Assembly (NCBI RefSeq): GCF_000025945.1
Contig: NC_006138.1
Span: forward strand, 990,001 to 1,022,000
DNA: 32,000 nt
Source of the DNA: Desulfotalea psychrophila LSv54
Lineage (GTDB): Bacteria; Desulfobacterota; Desulfobulbia; Desulfobulbales; Desulfocapsaceae
Direction: 5' to 3'
Translations under genes and position numbers: made by a program
Shown here: positions 11,090 to 19,859 of the stretch, in pieces
Numbering within the stretch: position 1 is the first letter of the stretch
Layout of the letters: each line of letters starts with the position of its first letter
The notes under the pieces: model-generated
Told to the model about the DNA's origin: nothing
Databases searched by the model: none
The model's input: only the letters and a program-made list of their open reading frames with translations

Positions 11090-11117
11090 ATTTTACAGTG
11101 CCTGTGAGAGGATGCAA
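11090..11117 (-). promoter_or_regulatory. Putative sigma70-type promoter for ilvA-holA
   Basis: On the minus strand: TTGCAT, a 16-nt spacer, then TAAAAT, about 40 nt upstream of the ilvA ATG. Sequence match only. Confidence 0.3.
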
Positions 11118-11170
11118 AGAAAATTTATCCTGGTCGCACAACTCCTCTTTTTAAGAGCCGGTGGCAGTCC

Positions 11171-11752
11171 TTATAAAAAGGGAGAGAAAACCCCATTGTC
11201 ATAGAGGATATTGAGGCCTATGGCCCATAGGATAATTCCACCTAACACCTCTGCGTAGGAGCTGAATCTTTGTAGCTTTGCGATGCGTTGACCAAGAAGC
11301 ATGCCGAAGAGGGTGAAGGCTCCCGCCACTAGACCGATGATCAGGGCAGGATACCAGATAGAGACTTCGAGCATGGAGAGACTCAGGCCCACGGCCAGGG
11401 CATCGATGCTGGTGGCCAGGGAGAGGATAATCAGCCTCAGTCCCCGCGTTGGATCCTTTTCCCCGGGCTCCTCCTCGTCATCACTTAAGGCCTCTCTTAT
11501 CATATTGGCCCCAACCAGGGCCAGGAGGGTAAAGGCAATCCAGTGGGCATAGCTTTGGGTGAATTGACGAATGCCTGTGCCAAGGGCCCAGCCGATGATG
11601 GGCATCAATGCCTGGAAGAGACCGAAGTGGTAGGAGAGGCGGAAGGCCTGCCGAAAACGAATTCTTTTAAGGCCAATGCCAACGGCGATGGCCACGGCAA
11701 AGGCGTCCATTGCCAGGGCAACGGCCAGGCCGAGAAGGTATGTTGTGGACAT
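11171..11752 (-). CDS. mntP: Manganese efflux pump MntP
   Basis: 193 aa polytopic membrane protein collinear with E. coli MntP (MDAFAVAIAVG..., HWIAFTLLALVGANMIREAL, an acidic loop DDEEEPGEKD, SIDALAVGLSL). Confidence 0.85.
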   Translation of the reverse strand: MSTTYLLGLAVALAMDAFAVAIAVGIGLKRIRFRQAFRLSYHFGLFQALMPIIGWALGTGIRQFTQSYAHWIAFTLLALVGANMIREALSDDEEEPGEKDPTRGLRLIILSLATSIDALAVGLSLSMLEVSIWYPALIIGLVAGAFTLFGMLLGQRIAKLQRFSSYAEVLGGIILWAIGLNILYDNGVFSPFL

Positions 11753-11831
11753 GGATGCAACCTTGAAAAATCAGATTATCGTTGAATCCCTGTCTGGTTG
11801 AAAAGGCGAATTTTTCAGATTAGGACAGAGG

Positions 11832-12872
11832 TTAACGAAAATTTTGGTTAATTTGTTGAAGGATCTTGTTTTTAGGACAGAGTTCACTCTCTTGTAAACT
11901 ATTGAGCGATTTTTTGCAGGTGTTAAGGAGCTGGTGGCTGTTTTGGCTACCCTCTTCTATATAGAGGAGTCCGGTGAGGATGCGGTTCTCTTCCTTTGCC
12001 TCCAGCAGATCCTGCATGGCCATAAGCCGGTTTCTGACATCTCTTTCTGGGTTCATGGGTAAAAGTAGCTGGCTGCCGTTGTCCATCTTGATGCGCTGTC
12101 CATTCTCCTTGCTCTGCTCCTCCTCTTTGGCGGCAATGAATTTGATATTACCTCTGCTCTTTATGTGGGCGCGTACATATTCATAGCTTTTGGTGGAACC
12201 GGCGTTGTTGTTGAAGGTGATGCAGGGGGAGATGACATCGAGAAATGCCAGACCATTATGGCTAAAGGCGGCCTTGAGGAGGGGCTCCAACTGTGACCTG
12301 TCCCCGGAAAAACTGCGGGCAACAAAGGTGGCACCGAGGCTGAGGGCCAGTTCGCAGAGATCAATGGACTCATAGATGCTGGCCTTGCCCTTTCTGCTGG
12401 CGGAACCCCGGTCAGCGGTGGCAGAATCCTGTCCCTTGGTCAAGCCATAGCAACCATTGTTCATGACAATATAGCTAAGCTTGGGGTTGCGCCGGATTAT
12501 GTGAGCAAATTGGCCCATGCCGATGGAGGCAGTATCTCCGTCCCCCGATATACCTATCATCAGCAGATCTTGGTCGGACATATGGGCCCCCATGGCCACC
12601 GAGGGCATGCGTCCATGGACGGAGTTAAAGCCATGACTCCGACCGAGGAAGTAGGTAGGAGTCTTGCTGGAACAGCCAATTCCGCTGACCTTAACCGCCT
12701 GATGCGGTGGTATGTTCATTTCAAAACATGCCTGGATTATGGCGTTGGTCACAGAGTCGTGGCCACAGCCGGGGCAGAGGGTAGAGGCCGCTCCCTCGTA
12801 ATCTTTTCGTCTGTAGCCCAGGGCATTAAGCGGATCTTTTGGATGGTGAAATATTGGTTTGTTGGTGGTCAT
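11832..12872 (-). CDS. korB: 2-oxoacid (2-oxoglutarate-type):acceptor oxidoreductase beta subunit (TPP-binding), KorB
   Basis: 346 aa. Cys motif CPGCGHDS, TPP-binding GDGD...NNGCYGLTKGQ. The start overlaps the korA stop in ATGA (12869-12872). Confidence 0.85.
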   Translation of the reverse strand: MTTNKPIFHHPKDPLNALGYRRKDYEGAASTLCPGCGHDSVTNAIIQACFEMNIPPHQAVKVSGIGCSSKTPTYFLGRSHGFNSVHGRMPSVAMGAHMSDQDLLMIGISGDGDTASIGMGQFAHIIRRNPKLSYIVMNNGCYGLTKGQDSATADRGSASRKGKASIYESIDLCELALSLGATFVARSFSGDRSQLEPLLKAAFSHNGLAFLDVISPCITFNNNAGSTKSYEYVRAHIKSRGNIKFIAAKEEEQSKENGQRIKMDNGSQLLLPMNPERDVRNRLMAMQDLLEAKEENRILTGLLYIEEGSQNSHQLLNTCKKSLNSLQESELCPKNKILQQINQNFR

Positions 12873-14692
12873 AGTGCAGCCCCCATGGCTTGCAGCGGGG
12901 GTTCTATCTGCCGGATAATATTATTTGCCGTGATTGGCAGGCCGTCAAAGCTGAGTACTGAGAGGAGCTGTTCCTGTTCGGCCCTGCAGTCAAAGAGGAG
13001 GAGACTGCGCATTTGTGCGTCCCTGTTCTGTTCAATGACAAAGATTTTTTGGTGCTGATCAAGGAAGCTCTGGACCTCTTGGTGGAAGGGGAAGGCGTAG
13101 ATCTGTAGGCTATTGAGCTTGATTCCCCTTGCGCTGAGCTCGTCCAAGGCCTCTCGGCAGGCCGGAGCGGAGCTGCCGAAAAATAATATAGCTAAGGGAT
13201 TGTCTGCCTCTCCTCTGCCGATTGCGGGGGGGGGTAAAATTCTTCGGGCAGTTTCCCATTTTCTGAGGAGGCGTTCCATCCCCCTGCGGTAGACGTCGTC
13301 GTTCTCATCATAACCAGAGTATTCATCGTGTGATGTCCCTCTGGTGAAATATGCCCCATGCTCTGGATGGCTGCCAGGAAGGCTGCGATAACAGATGCCA
13401 TCACCATCAAGGTCAAGGTATCTGCCCCATTTCTCCTCAAGTTCTTCAATTTCCCGGCCTGTGATTATCTTGCCCCGGTCGTAGCGGTGGGAGTCATCCC
13501 ACTGTAGTGGTGGGCAGATATGGTCGTTCATGCCCAAATCAAGATCGCTGAGGATAATGACCGGGGTTTGCAGTCTGTCGGCTAGGTCAAAGGCTTGGAC
13601 CGTCAGTTGAAAACAGTCCGTCGGGGTCTCTGGCAGGAGGAGGATATGTTTGCTGTCACCGTGGGAGGCAAGGGCCGCGGCCAGGATATCCGCCTGTTGG
13701 CTTCTGGTTGGCATGCCCGTGCTAGGTCCAGCTCGCTGGACGTCGATCAGGACTGTTGGTATCTCGGCAAAGTATGCCAGGCCTAAAAATTCCGTCATCA
13801 GTGATAGGCCGGGGCCGGAGGTGGCGGTAAATGCGCGTGCGCCACTCCAGTTGGCGCCGATGGCTATTCCGCAGGCGGCCAGTTCATCCTCTGCCTGGAT
13901 GATGGCAAATTTGTTTTTTCCCTCACTGTCAACCCGAAACTTATGACAGTTTTTTTCAAATGCCTCGATCACCGAAGTTGATGGGGTGATGGGATACCAG
14001 GCCGCAACCGTTGCCCCGCCGTAGACGGCACCTAGGCCTGTTGCGCTATTGCCGTCTATAAGGATGGCGTCGCCGATGAGGTCGCTCCGCGACTCAAGCT
14101 GGAGGTCGCAGCTGGCGGGGAAATGTTCGCTGGCATAGGAAAAGCCAATCTTCAAGGCTTCTCTATTAATGTCTGCAAGCTTGGCCTTGCCGCTGAACTG
14201 TTGCTCCAGTGATTCGCTCAGGATGGAAAAATCAAGGTCGATGAGATAGGAGAGAGCACCTATATAGATAATGTTTTTCAGTAGCTGTTGCAGGCGTGCC
14301 GTGGAGAAGGCAGAGCTTGCCATTTCGCTTAAGGGGATGCCTATTTCAAGGATATCATCTCTGTTAAATTCCTCGCCGAGGGGGCGAGTTGAGTCATAGA
14401 GAAAATAGCCCCCTGCTGCCACCTGTTGGTAGTCATCTTTCAGGGTCTGGCCGTTGATGGCCACCGCAAAGTCAACCTCCTCTCGGCGGCCCATATATCC
14501 CCTTTCGCTAATGCGTACCTCATACCAGGTGGGCAGGCCCTTGATGTTTGAGGGAAAGATGTTTTTGCCGCTGACGGGGATGCCCATGCGAAATATTGCC
14601 TTGCTGAAGAGGTTATTGGCACTGGCAGAGCCTGAGCCGTTGGCATTGGCAAAGCGGACAACGAAATCATTTATCTTTCTAATTTTTTTCAT
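12869..14692 (-). CDS. korA: 2-oxoacid:acceptor oxidoreductase alpha subunit (fused gamma-alpha type), KorA
   Basis: 607 aa. N-terminal gamma-like region (RFANANGSGSASANNLFSKA), then an alpha domain (GNSATGLGAVYGGATVAAWYPITPST, FTATSGPGLSLM). The start overlaps the upstream gene's stop in ATGA (14689-14692). Confidence 0.85.
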   Translation of the reverse strand: MKKIRKINDFVVRFANANGSGSASANNLFSKAIFRMGIPVSGKNIFPSNIKGLPTWYEVRISERGYMGRREEVDFAVAINGQTLKDDYQQVAAGGYFLYDSTRPLGEEFNRDDILEIGIPLSEMASSAFSTARLQQLLKNIIYIGALSYLIDLDFSILSESLEQQFSGKAKLADINREALKIGFSYASEHFPASCDLQLESRSDLIGDAILIDGNSATGLGAVYGGATVAAWYPITPSTSVIEAFEKNCHKFRVDSEGKNKFAIIQAEDELAACGIAIGANWSGARAFTATSGPGLSLMTEFLGLAYFAEIPTVLIDVQRAGPSTGMPTRSQQADILAAALASHGDSKHILLLPETPTDCFQLTVQAFDLADRLQTPVIILSDLDLGMNDHICPPLQWDDSHRYDRGKIITGREIEELEEKWGRYLDLDGDGICYRSLPGSHPEHGAYFTRGTSHDEYSGYDENDDVYRRGMERLLRKWETARRILPPPAIGRGEADNPLAILFFGSSAPACREALDELSARGIKLNSLQIYAFPFHQEVQSFLDQHQKIFVIEQNRDAQMRSLLLFDCRAEQEQLLSVLSFDGLPITANNIIRQIEPPLQAMGAAL

Positions 14693-16452
14693 TTTTGTCC
14701 TGGATAGGAGAGGGTCGATTTAAGCATTTGCCAGGAGGATGTGGGGCATCTATTCGCGCAGAGGGCGCAGTGCAGGCAGACATTTTCATCCTTTACCATG
14801 ATGTGACCAATGGGGGTGGGCTCCGAGACATAGAGAGCCTGACTGAGATTTTCAGCCGGTATCCGGAGAGAGGTTCTGAGCTCATTCTCTGTGCTGTCCA
14901 TGAAGTTAATACAGGAAACAGGGCAGATATCTACGCAGGCATCGCACTCTATGCAGGTGGCTGCCTCGAAGACGGTTTGAATGTCACAGTTGAGGCAACG
15001 TGAGGCCTCTTGCAGGCCCACCTCCTGATCAAAGCCAAGTTCCACCTCCATGAGTCTGTTTCGAATTGATTTGACAGGGCTTTCTCTTGGTACCTTGTTG
15101 CGGTGGGCGATGGATATATCGTTGTCATAGGCCCACTCCTGCAGGCCCATTTTTTGGCTGCTCAGGCTGAGGAGGGTAGGAGGGCGCTCATCCAAACTCT
15201 GCCCCTGGCAAAAGAGATCAATGGAGATGGCGGCTTGATGTCCATGGGCTACGGCGGTAATTACGTTTTTGGGGCCAAAGGCGGCATCGCCACCAAAGAA
15301 CAGTCGGGGGATGTTGGACTGCAGTGTTTCAGGGTCGATCAGTGGCAGCCCATTTTTGTAGTGCAGACCGATATCTCTTTCTATCCAAGGAAAGGCATTC
15401 TCCTGCCCCACCGCCAGGATAACATCGTCGCAGGGGATAAAGACCGGTGCCTCTCCGCTGGAGATGAGCTCTCTCTCGCCTCTATCGTTTTGCCTGGCCT
15501 CTACCCGGTCAAAGTTCATGCCTGTCAGTCTGTCACCTTCCGTGACAAAGGCTAGGGGGAGATGGTTGTCTATGAGGTGAACCCCCTCCAGGAGGGCCTC
15601 TTCAATTTCCCAGAGGGAGGCCTTCATCGTCTCTTTAGGGCTGCGAACAATAATGGAGACATTCTCGCCCCCGAGGCGTCGGGCAGTGCGACAGCAATCC
15701 ATGGCTGTATTTCCTCCACCAAGGACCAGTACCCGGGGGCCTATCTTTTTTACATGCCGGTAGAGAACGGCCGCCAGCCATTCAGTGCCGATGGCAATGT
15801 TCTTTCTGCCCGCCTCCCTGCCTGGTAGCTTGGCCAGGTCGCGACCGCGGGGGGCACCGGTGCCGACAAAAACGGCATCGAAGTTCTGTCCAAGTATGCT
15901 TTTGAGACTGCTGATATAACCATTGAAGTGGGTGATAACGCCCATGTTGAGAATGATATCAACCTCCTCTTCAAGGATTTTTTCGGGCAGGCGGAAGGAG
16001 GGGACCTGGGTGCGAATGAAACCACCGGCCTTTTTTTGTTGGTCAAAGAGATGGATTTCGTAACCAAGAAGGCGCAGATCCCGAGCAACGGTCAGGGAGG
16101 CCGGGCCGCCGCCAATGAGGGCGATTTTTTTGCCGTTTGGGGCCCGGCATTTTGTTGGCAGAATATCAATGCTGCTCTTTTTGTCTGCTGCCAGGCGTTT
16201 TAACCTGCAGATGGCAACAGGGGTTTCCTCGATTCGTCCTCGTCTACAGGCGGGTTCACAGGGGCGATCGCATATTCTTCCCAGTACTCCGGGAAATACG
16301 TTTGATATCCAGTTTATTATATATGCCTGGTCGTACTCCCTCCGGGCAATATGCTGTATGTATTGAGGTACGGGGGTGTGGGTGGGACAGGCGTATTGGC
16401 AGTCTATAATTTTGTGGAAATATTCCGGTTTTTTTATGTCAGTTGGTTTCAA
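14689..16452 (-). CDS. GltD-like FAD/NAD(P)H oxidoreductase with a C-terminal 2x[4Fe-4S] ferredoxin domain (KorC-like)
   Basis: TTG start with AAGGGGG 10 nt upstream. N-terminal Cys-rich GltD-type segment (CQYACPTHTPVP...CDRPCEPAC), dinucleotide folds GGGPASLTVARDL and VLGGGNTAMDCCRTA, C-terminal CLNC...CIECDACVDICP and CLHCALCANRCP. Confidence 0.8.
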   Translation of the reverse strand: MKPTDIKKPEYFHKIIDCQYACPTHTPVPQYIQHIARREYDQAYIINWISNVFPGVLGRICDRPCEPACRRGRIEETPVAICRLKRLAADKKSSIDILPTKCRAPNGKKIALIGGGPASLTVARDLRLLGYEIHLFDQQKKAGGFIRTQVPSFRLPEKILEEEVDIILNMGVITHFNGYISSLKSILGQNFDAVFVGTGAPRGRDLAKLPGREAGRKNIAIGTEWLAAVLYRHVKKIGPRVLVLGGGNTAMDCCRTARRLGGENVSIIVRSPKETMKASLWEIEEALLEGVHLIDNHLPLAFVTEGDRLTGMNFDRVEARQNDRGERELISSGEAPVFIPCDDVILAVGQENAFPWIERDIGLHYKNGLPLIDPETLQSNIPRLFFGGDAAFGPKNVITAVAHGHQAAISIDLFCQGQSLDERPPTLLSLSSQKMGLQEWAYDNDISIAHRNKVPRESPVKSIRNRLMEVELGFDQEVGLQEASRCLNCDIQTVFEAATCIECDACVDICPVSCINFMDSTENELRTSLRIPAENLSQALYVSEPTPIGHIMVKDENVCLHCALCANRCPTSSWQMLKSTLSYPGQK

Positions 16453-16591
16453 ACTATTCTTGCCCCCTTGTTAGGTGTTTGCTCGGAGGTGCAGTTGTGA
16501 AATTGTTGCTGTTTAATTGTAGTGAATCGGTCTGTTAAAAGAAAGGCTATTTCGGTTGTGACGGGGAAAATGCGCTGGGGGGAGGTGGGCA

Positions 16592-16615
16592 GTCGCCCTG
16601 CCATGGCAGGGCGAC
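16592..16615 (-). terminator. GC-rich perfect palindrome / hairpin downstream of ilvD
   Basis: GTCGCCCTGCCATGGCAGGGCGAC is a 24-nt perfect palindrome 14 nt past the ilvD stop. No U tract follows on the minus strand, so its role as an intrinsic terminator is uncertain. Confidence 0.4.
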
Positions 16616-16628
16616 CGGAATTTGTTCC

Positions 16629-18463
16629 CTACTCAGGGATGATACGTACGGCACCCTTGTCTGCAGATGCAGCAAAGAGGGAGTATGCCTTGAGGGATCT
16701 TGAAACCTGACGGTCCCGACCGACGGGGGTGAATGCCTCCTTGCCCTTTGCCTCTTCCTGGGCCCTACGAGTGACAAGCTCGCAATCGCTGATATCTACT
16801 CTGATGCTTCGGTTGGGGATATCAATGACAATGCTGTCCCCTTCCTGGATGAGGCCGATGGCGCCACCTGCTGCGGCTTCAGGGGAGGCATGGCCGATGG
16901 AGAGGCCGGAGGTGCCGCCGGAAAAACGGCCATCGGTGAGCAGGGCACACTCCTTACCCAGATGTATTGATTTAAGGTAGGAGGTGGGGTAGAGCATCTC
17001 CTGCATACCCGGGCCGCCCTTTGGTCCTTCATAGCGGATGATGACGACATCTCCTGCCACAATATCACCACCGAGGATGGCTTCACAGGCATTGTCCTGA
17101 GAGGAAAAGACCCGGGCGCGTCCAGTGAAGGTGTAGAGGGCCTCGTCAACTCCTGCTGTTTTGACAATGGAGCCATTTTTCTGAGATATTTCCAAAGAGG
17201 ACGGTAATGCCACCTTCGGTACTGTAGCAATGCTCCACGCTGTGGATGCAACCGTCCTTGCGGGTCAGTGTCGAGCTCTCTATAGGTGGATGCCTGAGAG
17301 CCCATGGAGAGGTTGCGCACTCCTCCTGGGGCACTGGCATAAATATCAAGGGCCTCTGGGCTCACCGTTTCGCGGGCTATGTCGAAGAGATCCAGGGTGG
17401 CGGCAAGGCTTGGAGAATCCACCCGGCTCACCCCGGTGTCGAGGAGTCCTGCCCGGTCAAGTTCACCAAGGATGGCCATGATGCCTCCTGCCCGGTTGAC
17501 ATCCTCGATATGGTAGTTGCCGTTGGGTGCTACCTTGCAGAGATTTGGGACCTTGCGTGAGAGTTGGTCGATATCGCTCATACTGAAATCAACCCCTGCC
17601 TCATAGGCAATTGCCAGGAGATGAAGCACCGTGTTGGTGGAACCGCCCATGGCAATATCAAGGGACATGGCGTTCATGAAGGCCGCCTTGCTGGCGATGG
17701 ATCGTGGCAGTACCGAGCTGTCTTCCTGGCCGTACCAGGCATCTGCCATTTTAACGATTTTCTGGGCGGCCTGGACAAAGAGGGCTTCGCGGTTTTTGTG
17801 GGTGGCAACGATGGTGCCATTTCCGGGGAGGGCAAGTCCCAGGGCTTCGTTTAGGCAGTTCATAGAGTTGGCGGTGAACATGCCGGAGCAAGAGCCACAG
17901 GTTGGACAGGCGCACTCCTCTACTCGCTGCACCTCTTCATTGCTGACGTTGGCATCGGCAGCCATGACCATGGCGTCGATGAGGTCGTAGCGTTTGTCGC
18001 CGTCCCGGCCCGCCTCCATTGGTCCGCCGGAGACAAATATTGCCGGAATATTAAGGCGCATTGCCGCCATAAGCATCCCGGGGGTGATTTTATCACAGTT
18101 GCTGATACAGATGATGGCATCGACGGTATGGGCATTGCACATATACTCTACACTGTCGGCAATCAATTCGCGGGAGGGGAGGGAGTAAAGCATGCCTGAA
18201 TGGCCCATGGCGATACCGTCATCAATGGCAATGGTGTTCATTTCAGCGGCAAAACAACCGGCGTCTTCAATTACTTTTTTTACCTGTTGACCAATTTCAT
18301 GGAGGTGGACATGGCCGGGAACAAATTGGGTAAAGGAGTTTATTATGCCGATAATTGGTTTGCCAAACTGTTCCTCTTTCATGCCATTTGCTCGCCAGAG
18401 ACTTCTGGCTCCGGCCATTTTTCTTCCCTCGGTGGTGGTCGCACTGCGTAATGGAATTGCCAT
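16629..18463 (-). pseudogene. ilvD: Dihydroxy-acid dehydratase IlvD, reading frame interrupted by two single-base insertions (or sequence errors)
   Basis: IlvD homology is spread over three frames: ORF 16796..18463 (N-terminus to ...STYRELDTD), ORF 17146..17349 ([28 protein letters not shown]) and ORF 16629..17213 ([12 protein letters not shown]... to the C-terminal ADKGAVR). The junctions fall at the homopolymers GGG 17262-17264 and TTTTT 17176-17180 (plus-strand coordinates). Confidence 0.85.
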
Positions 18464-18577
18464 AACTATTTCCCTTCTATTTTTGGATGGAATTGTTTTT
18501 ATGTGAATAATTAAGCAGGTAGTAAAAAAATATTTAGTAATATTACCCGAACCATTTCAATATACTATTAAATTGGC

Positions 18578-18583
18578 TATAAT
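18578..18583 (+). promoter_or_regulatory. Possible -10 box (TATAAT) for the PilT-like gene in the divergent ilvD/pilT-like spacer
   Basis: Exact TATAAT about 60 nt upstream of ATG 18642 in an AT-rich divergent spacer. The -35 match is poor (TTTCAA/TTCAAT). Confidence 0.25.
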
Positions 18584-18641
18584 TGCACACTAATTCAGAA
18601 GCTTGTTCCCTGCCCTAAAAGTTTATCCCCGGTGAGAGATT

Positions 18642-19811
18642 ATGAAAAAGACGGAAATAGATTATTGGATTACTGCTATGCTGGACTCCTGTAAAGATGT
18701 GTCTGATCTGAATATTACGGTTGGCAAAACCTTACAGGTTGAGGCGGCAGGAATACTCGAACCTGTGCAGGTAATGCCGCCGGTGCATGAATTAACTCCC
18801 TTTCAGACCGAGGTCTTTGCCCTGAATATCATCGGTAATAATCAGCGTCTATTGCGTAATCTTGCTGAAACAGGTTCTTGTGATCTCTCCTACTCTTTGG
18901 GGCAGGATGTGCGCTTCAGGGTAAATGTTTTTAGCCAGAAAGGCCATTATACCACCATATTGCGAAAGTTGGAGACAAAGGTGCCTTCACTTGAGTCCAT
19001 GGATTTCCCTGCCTGTTTTGCCAAGATGGCAACTGAATTGAATGGTTTGATCCTCTTTACCGGGGCAACGGGTACAGGTAAAACAACCTCCCTTGCCGCC
19101 TTAGTGGACAGGATCAACAAGGAACGTTCTGTTCATGTAATTACCCTTGAGGATCCCATAGAGTATGTGCACTCCCAGCAAAAGGCTACCCTTAATCAGC
19201 GTGAGCTGGGCAATGATTTTGACACCTTTGCCTCGGGGATGCGGGCTGCTTTGCGCCAGGCGCCAAAGGTTATTTTGGTGGGTGAGATGCGCGATCGTGA
19301 AACTCTGGAAATTGCCCTGACGGCAGCGGAAACAGGCCATATTGTTCTCTCTACTCTGCATACCATTGATGCGGGACAGACGATCAATCGTATTCTTGGT
19401 ATGTTTGATGAAAGTGAACAGCTGCAGATCCGTCATCGTCTTGTGGATACTATTCGCTGGGTGGTTGGTCAACGTCTCCTGCCCAAGGTGGGCGGCGGGC
19501 GGATAGCTGCCATGGAGATTCTCTGTACCAGCTTGCGGGTTAAGGATCTTATTATGAACGGTGAAAGTGAAGATAGAACCTATTATAATGTTATCAGTGA
19601 AGGTGCTGTTTCGGATATGCGCACCTTTGATCAGCATATTTTAAAGCTCTATTCGCGGGGGGCTATCACCGAAGATTCTGCCTTTCAGTACTGTTCACAG
19701 AGGAGTGTCATGGGGCGGGGAATTGATCGACTCAAGTCCGTACGTGGAGAGGCTACCTCTGGCCTGGCCGGTTTAGCCATGGAGGAAAAGGAAGATGACC
19801 GTTTTAAATAG
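18642..19811 (+). CDS. PilT/PilU-family secretion ATPase (type IV pilus retraction ATPase-like)
   Basis: 389 aa. Walker A GATGTGKTTS, Asp box ITLEDPIEY, Walker B/His box VILVGEMRDRETLEIALTAAETGHIVLSTLHT. By eye these are collinear with PilT. Confidence 0.85.
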   Translation: MKKTEIDYWITAMLDSCKDVSDLNITVGKTLQVEAAGILEPVQVMPPVHELTPFQTEVFALNIIGNNQRLLRNLAETGSCDLSYSLGQDVRFRVNVFSQKGHYTTILRKLETKVPSLESMDFPACFAKMATELNGLILFTGATGTGKTTSLAALVDRINKERSVHVITLEDPIEYVHSQQKATLNQRELGNDFDTFASGMRAALRQAPKVILVGEMRDRETLEIALTAAETGHIVLSTLHTIDAGQTINRILGMFDESEQLQIRHRLVDTIRWVVGQRLLPKVGGGRIAAMEILCTSLRVKDLIMNGESEDRTYYNVISEGAVSDMRTFDQHILKLYSRGAITEDSAFQYCSQRSVMGRGIDRLKSVRGEATSGLAGLAMEEKEDDRFK

Positions 19812-19859
19812 CTGTATGGAGAAGGATGAGATCAATAAGTATTTGATGTGGGAGGGGGT

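Noticed and set aside
11753-11831. Looked for a yybP-ykoY manganese riboswitch upstream of mntP
   Set aside because: Only 79 nt separate the korB stop from the mntP start. The minus-strand sequence lacks the conserved GGGGAGUAG-type core I remember for that riboswitch. mntP may be read through from the kor operon or have a short promoter.
16453-16628. Small ORFs (16522-16710 plus strand, 16547-16777 minus strand) in and around the korC-ilvD spacer
   Set aside because: They overlap the ilvD 3' end or the GC-rich palindrome, encode Arg/Pro/Gly-rich low-complexity peptides, and lack an RBS.
18537-18546. 10-bp palindrome GTAATATTAC in the ilvD/pilT-like divergent spacer
   Set aside because: A short AT-only palindrome in an AT-rich spacer is well within chance expectation, and no second copy was seen.
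19101-19637. 178-aa ORF antisense to the PilT-like gene, plus similar antisense ORFs in the kinase, holA, korA/B and clpA genes (e.g. 2523-3017, 8625-9146, 12501-13058, 6936-7325)
   Set aside because: All are nested in better-supported genes on the other strand, and none has a recognisable motif.
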